A stretch of 64,000 bases of DNA from an uncultured delta proteobacterium. Its GTDB lineage: Bacteria > Bdellovibrionota > FAC87 > UBA2466. Shown piece by piece: positions 39,193 through 48,713 of the stretch. The stretch is taken from assembly GCA_963778115.1 (NCBI GenBank), contig CAVZSV010000004.1:64001-128000 (forward strand). Direction: 5' to 3'. The translations under genes were made by a program, and so were the position numbers. Each line of letters opens with the position of its first letter. Within the stretch, counting starts at the first letter, position 1. Below the pieces are notes generated by a model. It ran no database searches. It was not told where the DNA came from and was given only the letters and a program-made list of their open reading frames with translations.

Positions 39193-40599
39193 ATGCGGCG
39201 GTTTCTGACATGGCTTTTGGCTCCGTGGAGCGTGCTCTTATTGCAGGCATGTGCGCCCTCAAACCACTGTGTATTCTCCGTGGATTCTGCTTCTCAAAGT
39301 TACGCCAATGTCGACAACATGCTGGGATTGGACTCCGCCTACGGCATCGAGGGCAGACAATGGACCAGCTTTTCCGGAACGACCTCAGCGAGAAAATTGT
39401 TTCTCATGGCGAACGGTTCTATTTTGGCGACAGGCTTTAACGGTCAATCCGTCTATATGGCCCGTTACCTTTCCAATGGATCCGCCGATCCCTCCTTCGG
39501 GACAAACGGGCAAATTTCTCAACCCGTTGATTTTGAAATCGGAGATGTGGGGTTTCAATCTACTGGCCAGATTATCGCGGCTGGTTTTACTTCCGCAAAT
39601 GGAGCGGGATCTTTGGTGGCCGTTCGTTTCAATACGGACGGTACGCCCGACACCGCTTTCGGAGCTCAGGGTCAGGCGGTTAGCGTTTTTTCTCAAGGAT
39701 CGAATTTTCAGTTCAATGCTCTGGCAATTCAAAACACGGACGCTATCGACATTGTCGGTTCCGCCACTACCACCTTCGATATTACTATCCCCCAGCTGGG
39801 ATTTCAGTTTCCCATTTCCGCGACGACTGAGATAGCCCTATTTCGAACTTTAGCCACGGGACAACCCGATAGTAATTTCGGATCTAATGGCCAGGTCTAT
39901 AGGCAGGGAACCGATGCGATTTCGTTAATGAACGATGTCGATGCGGCAGCAGTGGGAAACGATGGTTCTCTCATCCTTGCCGGCGACTCCTATAATACCG
40001 ATGGTCAGCAATTTACTTTGATTCGGTTTAATCCCGATGGCTCCCTAGACACAACTTTTGGCGTGGCCTCTCAGGCCACCGCCCCTGAAAATAATGCGAC
40101 AACGGAAGCGTTTGGAGTCACCATCGATCCTGATGGAACCATCACGGCGACCGGTCATCTTACCCAAAATACCGCTACCCAAGCGATGACCGCGCGGTTT
40201 AACTCCAGCGGACGACTCGACTCAAGCTTTGGTGGAAACGGAATCGTTATCGAAACGGGAAATGGAAATGCTGTTTCGGCAAGTGCAGTCCTTCGGGTCG
40301 CGGATCGAACCGTAATCGGCGGGTACATGGAGGTGATGACCGCTTCCAACAACGTAGATACTTCGACCTGTACGGCGCTGACCGATTCCAACCCCAATTA
40401 CGTTTACGCCCTTTACCGCTACCTTTCCAATGGCTCCAGGGACAACGATTTCGGATCCAACGGAAGCGTTCAGTTTGATTTCTCAGGCTCTGACGCGCGG
40501 GTTCAGACACTGCTTCAGTCTGGCCTTACTACGCCCCTTTTGGTCGGCGGTTATGCCGATGGGAGCTTTGGTACGGCTCGCTTAATTTCACAACCTTAG
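39193..40599 (+). CDS. Delta-60 repeat beta-propeller lipoprotein
   Basis: Lipobox LQAC; repeated R(Y/F)..DG.xDxxFGxxG units. Confidence 0.85.
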   Translation: MRRFLTWLLAPWSVLLLQACAPSNHCVFSVDSASQSYANVDNMLGLDSAYGIEGRQWTSFSGTTSARKLFLMANGSILATGFNGQSVYMARYLSNGSADPSFGTNGQISQPVDFEIGDVGFQSTGQIIAAGFTSANGAGSLVAVRFNTDGTPDTAFGAQGQAVSVFSQGSNFQFNALAIQNTDAIDIVGSATTTFDITIPQLGFQFPISATTEIALFRTLATGQPDSNFGSNGQVYRQGTDAISLMNDVDAAAVGNDGSLILAGDSYNTDGQQFTLIRFNPDGSLDTTFGVASQATAPENNATTEAFGVTIDPDGTITATGHLTQNTATQAMTARFNSSGRLDSSFGGNGIVIETGNGNAVSASAVLRVADRTVIGGYMEVMTASNNVDTSTCTALTDSNPNYVYALYRYLSNGSRDNDFGSNGSVQFDFSGSDARVQTLLQSGLTTPLLVGGYADGSFGTARLISQP

Positions 40600-40730
40600 C
40601 TCTCATAAGACCTTAAATGCTAAGCGTCATTGCAGCGCATTCCCCTTTACGCACCACACTAGATATCTTATGGATCTGGGCACGATCCAGGTAATCGCTC
40701 GAATTGCCGATAAGAAGAAAGGCTGTCCTT

Positions 40731-41231
40731 ATGACAACAACAAAACCACTATGGGCCCCCTGGCGAATGGAATATATCGCGGGTCACTTGAAAGAAAACA
40801 AGCAAGGGTGCGTCTTCTGTTCGTTACCGAAAGAGAAGGACGACCGAAACAATTTAATTGTTCATCGTGCGGAGCGAGTCTTTGTGATCTTAAATAAGTT
40901 TCCTTACAACAGCGGACATCTGATGGTGGTGCCGAACGCTCATGTCTCGGATCTCAATCTGCTGGATGACGAAACGCTGACCGATCTGACGAAGATGACG
41001 CGACATGGAGTTCAAGCGCTGAAAGAAAAATATCAAGCGGAAGGGTTCAATATCGGAATGAATTTGGGCCAAGCCGGAGGCGCTGGCATCAAAGATCATC
41101 TGCACATGCACGTCGTTCCCCGCTGGGTGGGCGACACCAATTTTATGCCCGTGATAGGGGAAGTGAAATCGATGCCCCAACATCTTTTGACCACTTTTGA
41201 CCAGATCCACGACTATTTTAGGAGGTTATAG
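40731..41231 (+). CDS. HIT-family hydrolase (Ap4A/FHIT-like)
   Basis: LWAPWR, CVFC, NKFPYNSGH, HLHMHVVPRW.GD.NF. Confidence 0.92.
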   Translation: MTTTKPLWAPWRMEYIAGHLKENKQGCVFCSLPKEKDDRNNLIVHRAERVFVILNKFPYNSGHLMVVPNAHVSDLNLLDDETLTDLTKMTRHGVQALKEKYQAEGFNIGMNLGQAGGAGIKDHLHMHVVPRWVGDTNFMPVIGEVKSMPQHLLTTFDQIHDYFRRL

Positions 41232-41238
41232 AAAGATT

Positions 41239-41595
41239 ATGAAAGGTCTAAAAATCATCCCCATGTTTCTAGGTCTGATGGTGCTGACCTATCTCGGCAT
41301 GCAGTTCGTGGAAGCCAACCACGACGACGTGTCGATAAGTCTAGGATCGTACTATCAGAGTTTACCCATGCCGTTAGGGTTTGTGGTTCTGACGAGCATT
41401 CTTATCGGAATGATTGTCTGCGGAGTTCTTTGCGCAGTAGAGCTTTTAGCCCTTTACGTCCATAATCGCAGGCTGCGACGACGCGTTGGACTTTTGGAAG
41501 CTAAAATTCGACGAGATAACGGGAAGGATGCGAAAGAGACCGTCATCGATAAACCTGCGCATCACGATCCAGGCTCTCTTCATACTTCACAATGA
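41239..41595 (+). CDS. LapA-like small membrane protein
   Basis: Two transmembrane helices, F..AN...V motif, basic coiled tail. Confidence 0.65.
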   Translation: MKGLKIIPMFLGLMVLTYLGMQFVEANHDDVSISLGSYYQSLPMPLGFVVLTSILIGMIVCGVLCAVELLALYVHNRRLRRRVGLLEAKIRRDNGKDAKETVIDKPAHHDPGSLHTSQ

Positions 41596-42776
41596 ACTTG
41601 CTCTTTATAGGACTCACTCCAAGCCGAGATCTAGGCAAAGCCCTGCTCGCTAACGGATTGCCTTTCGACAGCACCAAACGACTTCCCCCTCGTGGCGATT
41701 TCGATCTGATAACGTTTGCCCCTCAGAAGACGAATCAGATTGCCCTTCTGGCGGACATCAAAAAACGATGGCCTTTGGCTTGGATCACTATCGTGGTCCC
41801 CCCGCAATGGCTGCAAAGTGAGTCCACTTTACCCGAACTCCTTAGGCGGCCAGAAAAAAACGAGATTTCGCTCGTCACCTTTTGGGAACAGACTTTTTGG
41901 TTTTCACTTCAAAATTCGATTCTCTTTCGAACTAATAAATTAAAAATGCAGAGCCTGAAAACGCATAACCGGACGTTACGACGCGAGTGCGATGAGCTCA
42001 AGGTCCAATCACAAACGCTTTTAGCCCAACTGCAGAAAGATATCGATCTCGCAAGCCAACTGCAGCACTCTCTCTTACCAAAAGGATCGCCTGAGATTGC
42101 TGGAGTGTCACTCGCGGTGAAATATATGCCGGCGGCAGGTCTGGGCGGCGACTATTACGATATTTTTGAGTTCGGAGACAAAAGACGTTTTGGAATCTTG
42201 ATCGCCGATTCTAGAACGCATGGAATGGCGGCCTCGCTGCTATCGGTGCTGGTTAAAGTGCGCTTGGAAGAGATGAAAGATAAGTTTCCAGACTCAAAGA
42301 GTTTCGTGGAATTTTTAAATCGGGAAATTAGGCTCACTCATCGCGCTAACCCCGAGCCTCTGTCTCTTCTGTATGGAATCTTGGATAGAAGCTCGCTTAA
42401 ATTTCAGTATACGATCTCAGGAAGTTTGAAACCGTTGCTTTGGCGAGATGGCGAGTGTCCGGCCCTTCCTTTAAATTCGGCTCCGCCTCTGGGAAACGTA
42501 GACCATTACAATTTTGAAGAGAATACCATCCGCCTGTTACCCGGAGATCTTTTGATCCTTCACACTGACGGCCTCGAAGGGCCGCTTCAAGGAAATGCAG
42601 AAACGCGAATCCGTGAAATTTTAACGGAGAAAGAGGAGCTCACTCCGCGGGAACTGCAAAATGAACTGATGGGAATCATCGACCGACACCTTCAAAAAAA
42701 TAAGCTCAAAGACGATTTGACGCTTATTCAGTTGGGTATCAACGAACAAACGCTGTATCTGGCTCCAACCGCTTAA
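41592..42776 (+). CDS. PP2C/SpoIIE (RsbU-like) phosphatase
   Basis: A..LQ..LLP, GGDYYD, IAD..HG, HTDG, DDLT; coiled-coil linker. Confidence 0.85.
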   Translation: MNLLFIGLTPSRDLGKALLANGLPFDSTKRLPPRGDFDLITFAPQKTNQIALLADIKKRWPLAWITIVVPPQWLQSESTLPELLRRPEKNEISLVTFWEQTFWFSLQNSILFRTNKLKMQSLKTHNRTLRRECDELKVQSQTLLAQLQKDIDLASQLQHSLLPKGSPEIAGVSLAVKYMPAAGLGGDYYDIFEFGDKRRFGILIADSRTHGMAASLLSVLVKVRLEEMKDKFPDSKSFVEFLNREIRLTHRANPEPLSLLYGILDRSSLKFQYTISGSLKPLLWRDGECPALPLNSAPPLGNVDHYNFEENTIRLLPGDLLILHTDGLEGPLQGNAETRIREILTEKEELTPRELQNELMGIIDRHLQKNKLKDDLTLIQLGINEQTLYLAPTA

Positions 42777-42778
42777 CT

Positions 42779-43903
42779 TTAATCCAAATAGACTCTTGGA
42801 ACTCGCGAAGAAATTCCGCAAAACACTTCGTAGGGGATAGTTTCCGCCCAATGTGCGACATCCCAGCCGGAAAGAGCTTCTTTTCCTTCTTGGCCAATGA
42901 GTGTCACGGCAGTTCCTTCCCGAACGCCGGGGACATGGGAACAGTCGACGGCGGTCAAATCCATGGAGATTCGCCCGCGAATAGGAACGCGTTTGCCGTG
43001 AATCAAAACGCTCCCTTTGTTACTTAACAGTCTCGGATAGCCGTCGGCGTAGCCGATGGGCAAAATCGCAATCTTCTCTTTCCGTTTCGACTTATACGTC
43101 CTGCCATAACCTACCGTATCTCCTCGACCGATATGTTTTAGACAAAGCACTCGGGCTTTCCACTGAAGAATAGGAATAAGCTCCTGATGTCCTTCCCATC
43201 TCGGATTGGGGCAGACTCCGTACAAGCTGAGTCCCGGCCTAACCGCATTAGATAGGCCCGTCTTTGCGCGCAAGATTCCACCCGAATTCGAGACGTGAAT
43301 CTTGGCATCGGTATGGAGTAATTTGCGATGTTGAAGTTCGCTGCGTGTCGCTTCAAACATCTGAATCTGTTTGTCCGTAAAAGCAGAGGTCGCCACTTCA
43401 CTCTCAGCAAAGTGGGTCATAAGCCCCGCTAGTTTCAACTGCATCTTCTCCATGACACGAAATGCCTCTGGAAGTTCGTCTTCAGTGATTCCCAGACGAT
43501 TCATTCCGGTATCGATCTTTAGATGAATTTCAGGAAGCTTTGTGCGGCCAATCAAGCTCTTTAGATGGTTCACATTATGGATGACCGGAATGAGGTGATA
43601 TTTTAAATAGGCCTCCATTTGATGGGGCAGAAATCCGGACAAGACGATGATGGTAAGGGAATGGGGAAATTTCTTACGTAACTCAATCCCCTCCTCCAAG
43701 GTCGCCACCGCCAAAGTTTGAGCACAACCTCTAGATACGAGGGCTTTTGCAATCGGTATCATCCCGTGGCCGTAGGCATCGGCCTTCACCACGGCAATGA
43801 TCTCTTTGCCGCAACGTCCCCTTAGCGAAACCATATTTTTGACAAGAGCTCGCAAAGAGATTTCTGCGACCGTTCGGTAAGGAAACTGAAAGATGGTTCC
43901 CAT
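42779..43903 (-). CDS. alr: Alanine racemase
   Basis: AVVKADAYGHG, HLKIDTGMNRLG, GYADG, GRISMD, TIPYE. Confidence 0.96.
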   Translation of the reverse strand: MGTIFQFPYRTVAEISLRALVKNMVSLRGRCGKEIIAVVKADAYGHGMIPIAKALVSRGCAQTLAVATLEEGIELRKKFPHSLTIIVLSGFLPHQMEAYLKYHLIPVIHNVNHLKSLIGRTKLPEIHLKIDTGMNRLGITEDELPEAFRVMEKMQLKLAGLMTHFAESEVATSAFTDKQIQMFEATRSELQHRKLLHTDAKIHVSNSGGILRAKTGLSNAVRPGLSLYGVCPNPRWEGHQELIPILQWKARVLCLKHIGRGDTVGYGRTYKSKRKEKIAILPIGYADGYPRLLSNKGSVLIHGKRVPIRGRISMDLTAVDCSHVPGVREGTAVTLIGQEGKEALSGWDVAHWAETIPYEVFCGISSRVPRVYLD

Positions 43904-44004
43904 AAGCTAGGAAAACCGCCATTTTCCCAAGTTAAGGAGGAAGCGTCCAGCCTTATATTTTCATGTGGTTGTTCGTTCCAAATTCGACTATTGCTATCTG
44001 CCAT

Positions 44005-44406
44005 GGAGAGTCTGTCGAACGATCGCCGGCTTTCGGAAGGGAATTCTGGAAAGCGGGAGGAAAGTCCGGACACCGCAGGGTCCCGTAGCGGGTAACGCCC
44101 GTCCAGCGAAAGCTGCGGACCAGCACAACAGAGAGGATGTACAGAGCGATACCTCTGGCCTTGGCAAAGCCAAAGGGTGGGAAGATGGCCCTTAAAAGTC
44201 ATTTTCTAAAGCTGCTGTAGTGAAAACCGGTAAGCTCTACGGGGTGCAAGGTCAAACCGTGAAGCGTCTAGCGATCTTGATTTTTGAGACGCTAGCCCAA
44301 GTGTCCCGCTTGGTGTCTTCCAGGTAGACCGCTCGACTCCTTCGGCAACGAAGGGGCTAGACGAATGATCGTAAAGAACAGAATCCGGCTTATGGATAGG
44401 CTCTCC
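44005..44406 (+). ncRNA. rnpB: RNase P RNA
   Basis: GAGGAAAGTCC and AACAGAATCCGGCTTA (P4 pseudoknot); P1 GGAGAGTCTGTC/GATAGGCTCTCC; ACAGAGA and GTGAAA conserved joins. Confidence 0.95.
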
Positions 44407-44419
44407 AATCTATTTGGCC

Positions 44420-44479
44420 CAAAAGGTGCCCGTCGACTTTCAGGACCTCAAGGTCCTGAAAGTCGACGGGCACCTTTTG
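44420..44479. repeat. 60-bp palindrome (29-bp perfect arms, 2-nt centre); probable rnpB terminator
   Basis: CAAAAGGTGCCCGTCGACTTTCAGGACCT-CA-AGGTCCTGAAAGTCGACGGGCACCTTTTG. Confidence 0.9.
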
Positions 44480-44497
44480 AAAGAAAGGTTACCTATA

Positions 44498-44776
44498 ATG
44501 AAGTCGCACTGGTTCGGACGTGTTTTTAAGGTCTTTTCGGTAGGAGCGGTGATGGGGGCGATTTTGGCCACCTGGATCGGTCCCAAAATCATTCCCTGGT
44601 ACTACGAGCCCGGAGCCTCCATGGGAGTGACGTGCAAACCGTCAGTCCAAGGGGCGCTGTTCAGATTGCAATGGACCCAGATCATAGGCGTGCTCGTGGG
44701 AGGGATAATAGCCTGGATCTTTTTCTACGGCATTTTCGGCCACAAAGACGAACCCCGCGACCCCTTACTCGAATAG
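44498..44776 (+). CDS. Small two-helix membrane protein
   Basis: GAAAGG SD before ATG 44498; two hydrophobic helices around a WYYEP...C loop. Confidence 0.7.
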   Translation: MKSHWFGRVFKVFSVGAVMGAILATWIGPKIIPWYYEPGASMGVTCKPSVQGALFRLQWTQIIGVLVGGIIAWIFFYGIFGHKDEPRDPLLE

Positions 44777-44778
44777 CC

Positions 44779-44837
44779 CACAAAAAGGTACGGCCTACCT
44801 TCTTGTATTACATAAAGGTAGGCCGTACCTTTATGTA
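44779..44837. repeat. Inverted doublet of the 29-bp REP-like palindrome (copies 4 and 5)
   Basis: CACAAAAAGGTACGGCCTACCTTCTTGTA (44779-44807) and TACATAAAGGTAGGCCGTACCTTTATGTA (44809-44837) fill the gap between convergent stops. Confidence 0.85.
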
Positions 44838-44838
44838 G

Positions 44839-45291
44839 TTAGCGGATGAAGGGTTCGCCTTGGAATTGATAGGCGTCGAGGATTCGAATCGGGTGGGATT
44901 TCAAAATGGGTTCGGGGAGATTGTCTATGGCAAACCAATCCCAGAGATCGACCTCTTCGTTCGGGGTAATGTCTCCTTCCAAACTTGTGATCAGAAAGCA
45001 GGCCACTACAAACTGGCCATGGTAGCCCTCTTGGAGCACTTCGACGGTGACGGTAAGACTAGGATCACTGTAGATGCCGATTAGCTTCTCTTCGTAAACT
45101 TCGAGCCCTATCTCTTCTTTGATCTCGCGTCTTAAGGCCGTACGCCAGTCTTCCCCTCCATCTAAATGGCCGCCTGGAAGGCACCACTTCCCGGGCTCCC
45201 GACAGCTGGGAGAACGCCTGGTCAATAGCACTTCGAGATTTTCATTGAAAATAACTCCATTAACGGCGGGAATGGGTTTGATTGGCTTCAT
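44839..45291 (-). CDS. NUDIX hydrolase
   Basis: Nudix box PGGHLDGGEDWRTALRREIKEEIGL. Confidence 0.92.
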   Translation of the reverse strand: MKPIKPIPAVNGVIFNENLEVLLTRRSPSCREPGKWCLPGGHLDGGEDWRTALRREIKEEIGLEVYEEKLIGIYSDPSLTVTVEVLQEGYHGQFVVACFLITSLEGDITPNEEVDLWDWFAIDNLPEPILKSHPIRILDAYQFQGEPFIR

Positions 45292-45354
45292 TTACCTTCT
45301 CCAGCAACGAAAACTTTGAGTTTTCTGAGCCCGTAACATAGAAGAGGGGCAGGA

Positions 45355-46533
45355 ATGAGTTCAAGCGGATTTGAGATACTAAAGACGGAGGGGTTGGCTC
45401 GGCGAGGCAGGCTTAGCCTTGCCCATGGAGTTATCGAAACGCCCACTTTCATGCCGGTAGGAACCTACGGTGCCGTAAAGACTCTGGCTCCCGGGGAGCT
45501 GGAAAGTATCGGGACCCAAATTTTGCTCGGAAATACTTACCACCTTTACCTGCGTCCCGGACTCGAAGTCCTCAGCACGGCTGGCGGTTTACACCGCTTT
45601 ATGAACTGGAAGCGCCCCATCCTCACCGATAGTGGAGGGTTCCAGGTTTTTAGTTTGGGGAGTCTTAAAAGCATCAATGACGACGGAGTCACATTCCGCT
45701 CGCACCTTAATGGAGATCTGCACCACCTAACGCCCGAGTTGTCGGCTGAAATTCAACAAGTCATTGGATCCGACATTGCTATGGTTCTCGACGAATGTGT
45801 GGCATTGCCCAATACCCCAGAAGTATTAGATGCCGCGGTCGATCGTAGCTTTCGTTGGGCCGAGCGGTTCTTAAAAGTCCCCCGATGCCCGGGACAAGCC
45901 ATTTTTGGAATCGCCCAAGGAGGGACCTCTCTTGCCCTAAGGCGAAAAAGCATTCAAGCCACGACCTCTTTGCCCATTGATGGTTTGGCCATCGGAGGGC
46001 TAAGTGTCGGGGAACCCCATGAAATCATGGTGGAGACATTGGAAGGGATCGGCAGCTATTTACCCCCCGCCCTACCTCACTACCTGATGGGTGTTGGCAC
46101 CCCGTTAGACCTTCTGGAAGCGGTTCGGTGCGGAATCGATATGTTTGATTGTGTCCTTCCCACGCGAAACGCCCGAAATGGCGGTTTTTTTACTGACGAC
46201 GGGTTACTTAATATACGCAATCACCAGTACCGCTTGGACGGTGCTCCTATCGCCGAGGATTGCCCAGGCGAATGCTGCCGAAACCATAGCCGCGCCTACT
46301 TGCGTCACCTCTTTCAGGTCAAGGAAATTCTAGGCTGCCGGCTTGCCACTATCCACAATCTCCTCTATTATCACCGTTTCATGTCAGGGATGCGTCATTC
46401 CTTAGAGAACGGTGATTTTGCTGGGTTTTATCGACAATGGAAGGGACGCCTTTCTGACGCTTATAAAAGGGACACCGTTCCCGCGCAAGTGGTTGTGGCT
46501 GACCCTGAGTTGACGTCAGTAAGCGCATCCTAA
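45355..46533 (+). CDS. tgt: Queuine tRNA-ribosyltransferase
   Basis: TPTFMPVGT, NTYHL, TDSGGFQVFSL, DMFDCVLPTRNAR. Confidence 0.97.
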   Translation: MSSSGFEILKTEGLARRGRLSLAHGVIETPTFMPVGTYGAVKTLAPGELESIGTQILLGNTYHLYLRPGLEVLSTAGGLHRFMNWKRPILTDSGGFQVFSLGSLKSINDDGVTFRSHLNGDLHHLTPELSAEIQQVIGSDIAMVLDECVALPNTPEVLDAAVDRSFRWAERFLKVPRCPGQAIFGIAQGGTSLALRRKSIQATTSLPIDGLAIGGLSVGEPHEIMVETLEGIGSYLPPALPHYLMGVGTPLDLLEAVRCGIDMFDCVLPTRNARNGGFFTDDGLLNIRNHQYRLDGAPIAEDCPGECCRNHSRAYLRHLFQVKEILGCRLATIHNLLYYHRFMSGMRHSLENGDFAGFYRQWKGRLSDAYKRDTVPAQVVVADPELTSVSAS

Positions 46534-46546
46534 GGAGGTAGTAAAA

Positions 46547-46918
46547 ATGAAAGCGTTTTCGAAATCAATTTTTCTAGTTTTGATAGCGGCGGGGAATTTC
46601 GCCGTTGCCGAAGCAGCAGCTCCGGCAAGCCCTGTCAGCGCCATCGGCCCGATGGTTCCTTTACTTATCATCTTTGGAATTTTTTATTTTCTCATCATCC
46701 GTCCGCAACAGAAGAAAGCGAAAGAGCAGCAGAAGTTCATCGCCGAGCTGAAGCGGGGGGACATGGTCATTACCAATAGCGGGATCATTGGAATGGTCAA
46801 AACATTGAGCGACAAACTTATCACTCTCGAAGTGGACGAAGGCGTCTGTCTAAAAGTATTACGAAGCCAAATCCTCGAGGGTGCTTCCGCACTAACGAAG
46901 GAACCAAAACCAGCCTAA
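46547..46918 (+). CDS. yajC: Preprotein translocase subunit YajC
   Basis: FYFLIIRPQQKK; tgt-yajC-secD-secF synteny. Confidence 0.95.
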   Translation: MKAFSKSIFLVLIAAGNFAVAEAAAPASPVSAIGPMVPLLIIFGIFYFLIIRPQQKKAKEQQKFIAELKRGDMVITNSGIIGMVKTLSDKLITLEVDEGVCLKVLRSQILEGASALTKEPKPA

Positions 46919-46941
46919 GAGGCTAGTTTCATAGGAGCATT

Positions 46942-48702
46942 ATGAAGGGTCTCAGCTGGAGAATTTTCACCGTATTTGCGACCGTCTTGTTTGCGATTTA
47001 CCTGCTTATCCCGTCAATCATCAAGTTCCAGACAGGGAGGCTGATTTCCGCCACCCCCAAAGCAGACGATCCTTGGTACTACCACGTCCTTCCGTCTGAA
47101 GTTTTGAAATTAGGACTGGATCTTAAAGGCGGCCTTCATCTAGTTCTTGGAATCGATTTCGATGAAGTGAATGCGGATGCCATCTTGAAATTGAAAAATC
47201 AGCTCAAGGACGTTCTTGAACGTGAAAAAGTGGAAGGCGTCCAACTCGAGACCAATGCCGAACAAAAATTACTCGTTCATTATAAAGACGATGCGCAGTG
47301 GCAGCAGGTAGACAAATTAGTGGGACAGCACTTGGGTACCTCACTAGATTTCGAAGGGCAAACCAAAGACACCGCTACTTTGGGAATGACCCCTAGTTAT
47401 GAAACGGAAGTGAGAAATCGCGCGATCGATCAGTCTTTGGAAACTTTGCGCAATCGTATTGATGAATTCGGAATCTCCGAACCCATCCTTACCCGCCAAG
47501 GCGAAGACAAAATATTGATCCAATTCCCCGGCGTGCAAGACCCCGGGCGATTGAAAGACATCATCTCGCGAACCGCAAAGCTTTCCTTTCAGATCGTCAA
47601 AGCCGGTCCCGAGGAACCCAATGGGCCTCCAGCGGCACAACAACTTCAGAAATGGGTCGATGATTTTCAAAAGGAAAAGAATATCAAGCCCACTGATATT
47701 AAACCCATTGCCTCTTACACCAAGGAATTAAACGAGTGGTTGGGAGCAAAGTTACCCCAAGGGACGGAAATCCTGTTTAAGCGCAGGGTCAACGTAAACA
47801 CCAAGGAAGCCGACTACATTCCCTATCTACTGGAAAAAGAGGCTATGGTGACCGGAGAAGATTTGGAAGATGCCCGGTACGGGTTCGATTCTCAAAGTCA
47901 AAACCCGGAAGTAGATTTCCAGTTAACCCCGATTGGCGCACAGAAATTTGAGAAGGCCACCGGACAAAACGTTCACAAGTACATGGCCATCGTCTTAGAC
48001 AACAACGTCCATTCCGCGCCGCAGATTCGTGAGCGGATTGGTGGCGGCCGCGCTAAAATCGACATGGCTGGCGGCGGACGATCTCAGCAAGACATTCTCA
48101 ATGACGCCAAAGATACTTCTTTGGTGCTTCGTTCGGGAGCTCTTCCCGCGCGGCTTGAGTTTCTGGAAGAAAGGGTAGTGGGCCCCTCTCTGGGAAGTGA
48201 TGCCATTAAAGCGGGCTCTCTCTCTCTGGCCGCCGGTCTCGCCCTGGTATTTCTATTTATGTCGGTCTACTACCGGACGTCCGGAGTGGTGGCCGTGGTT
48301 GCCCTGACTTTCAACGGTCTACTCATCTTTGCAATCCTTGCGGCCTTTGAAGGTACGTTAACCTTGCCTGGGTTGGCGGGTATCACTCTGACGCTTGGTA
48401 TGGCGGTCGACGCCAACGTGCTAATTTTCGAGCATATACGCGAAGAGCTTAGAGCAGGTAAGAGCGTGTCGCTTTCCATCGCTGAGGGTTACAGTCGAGC
48501 ATTTGCCGCGATTTTCGACACTCACGTCACGGCTATCATTGGGGCGATTATTTTACTCAGTTTCGGATACGGTCCTATTCGAGGGTTTGCCGTTACCTTG
48601 CTTGTGGGATTGGCAGCTTCACTTTACACGTCCGTATTTGTCACTCGTGTCATTCAAGACTATTTCATCGTCTCAAAAGGTAAGAAAACCATTAGCATCT
48701 AG
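46942..48702 (+). CDS. secD: Protein translocase subunit SecD
   Basis: LGLDLKGG, RNRIDEFG..EP, LRSGALP, GMAVDANVLIFE. Confidence 0.97.
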   Translation: MKGLSWRIFTVFATVLFAIYLLIPSIIKFQTGRLISATPKADDPWYYHVLPSEVLKLGLDLKGGLHLVLGIDFDEVNADAILKLKNQLKDVLEREKVEGVQLETNAEQKLLVHYKDDAQWQQVDKLVGQHLGTSLDFEGQTKDTATLGMTPSYETEVRNRAIDQSLETLRNRIDEFGISEPILTRQGEDKILIQFPGVQDPGRLKDIISRTAKLSFQIVKAGPEEPNGPPAAQQLQKWVDDFQKEKNIKPTDIKPIASYTKELNEWLGAKLPQGTEILFKRRVNVNTKEADYIPYLLEKEAMVTGEDLEDARYGFDSQSQNPEVDFQLTPIGAQKFEKATGQNVHKYMAIVLDNNVHSAPQIRERIGGGRAKIDMAGGGRSQQDILNDAKDTSLVLRSGALPARLEFLEERVVGPSLGSDAIKAGSLSLAAGLALVFLFMSVYYRTSGVVAVVALTFNGLLIFAILAAFEGTLTLPGLAGITLTLGMAVDANVLIFEHIREELRAGKSVSLSIAEGYSRAFAAIFDTHVTAIIGAIILLSFGYGPIRGFAVTLLVGLAASLYTSVFVTRVIQDYFIVSKGKKTISI

Positions 48703-48713
48703 GGAAAAAGAGA

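Noticed and set aside
43822..44202. ORFs of 126 and 76 aa
   Set aside because: They overlap the RNase P RNA gene
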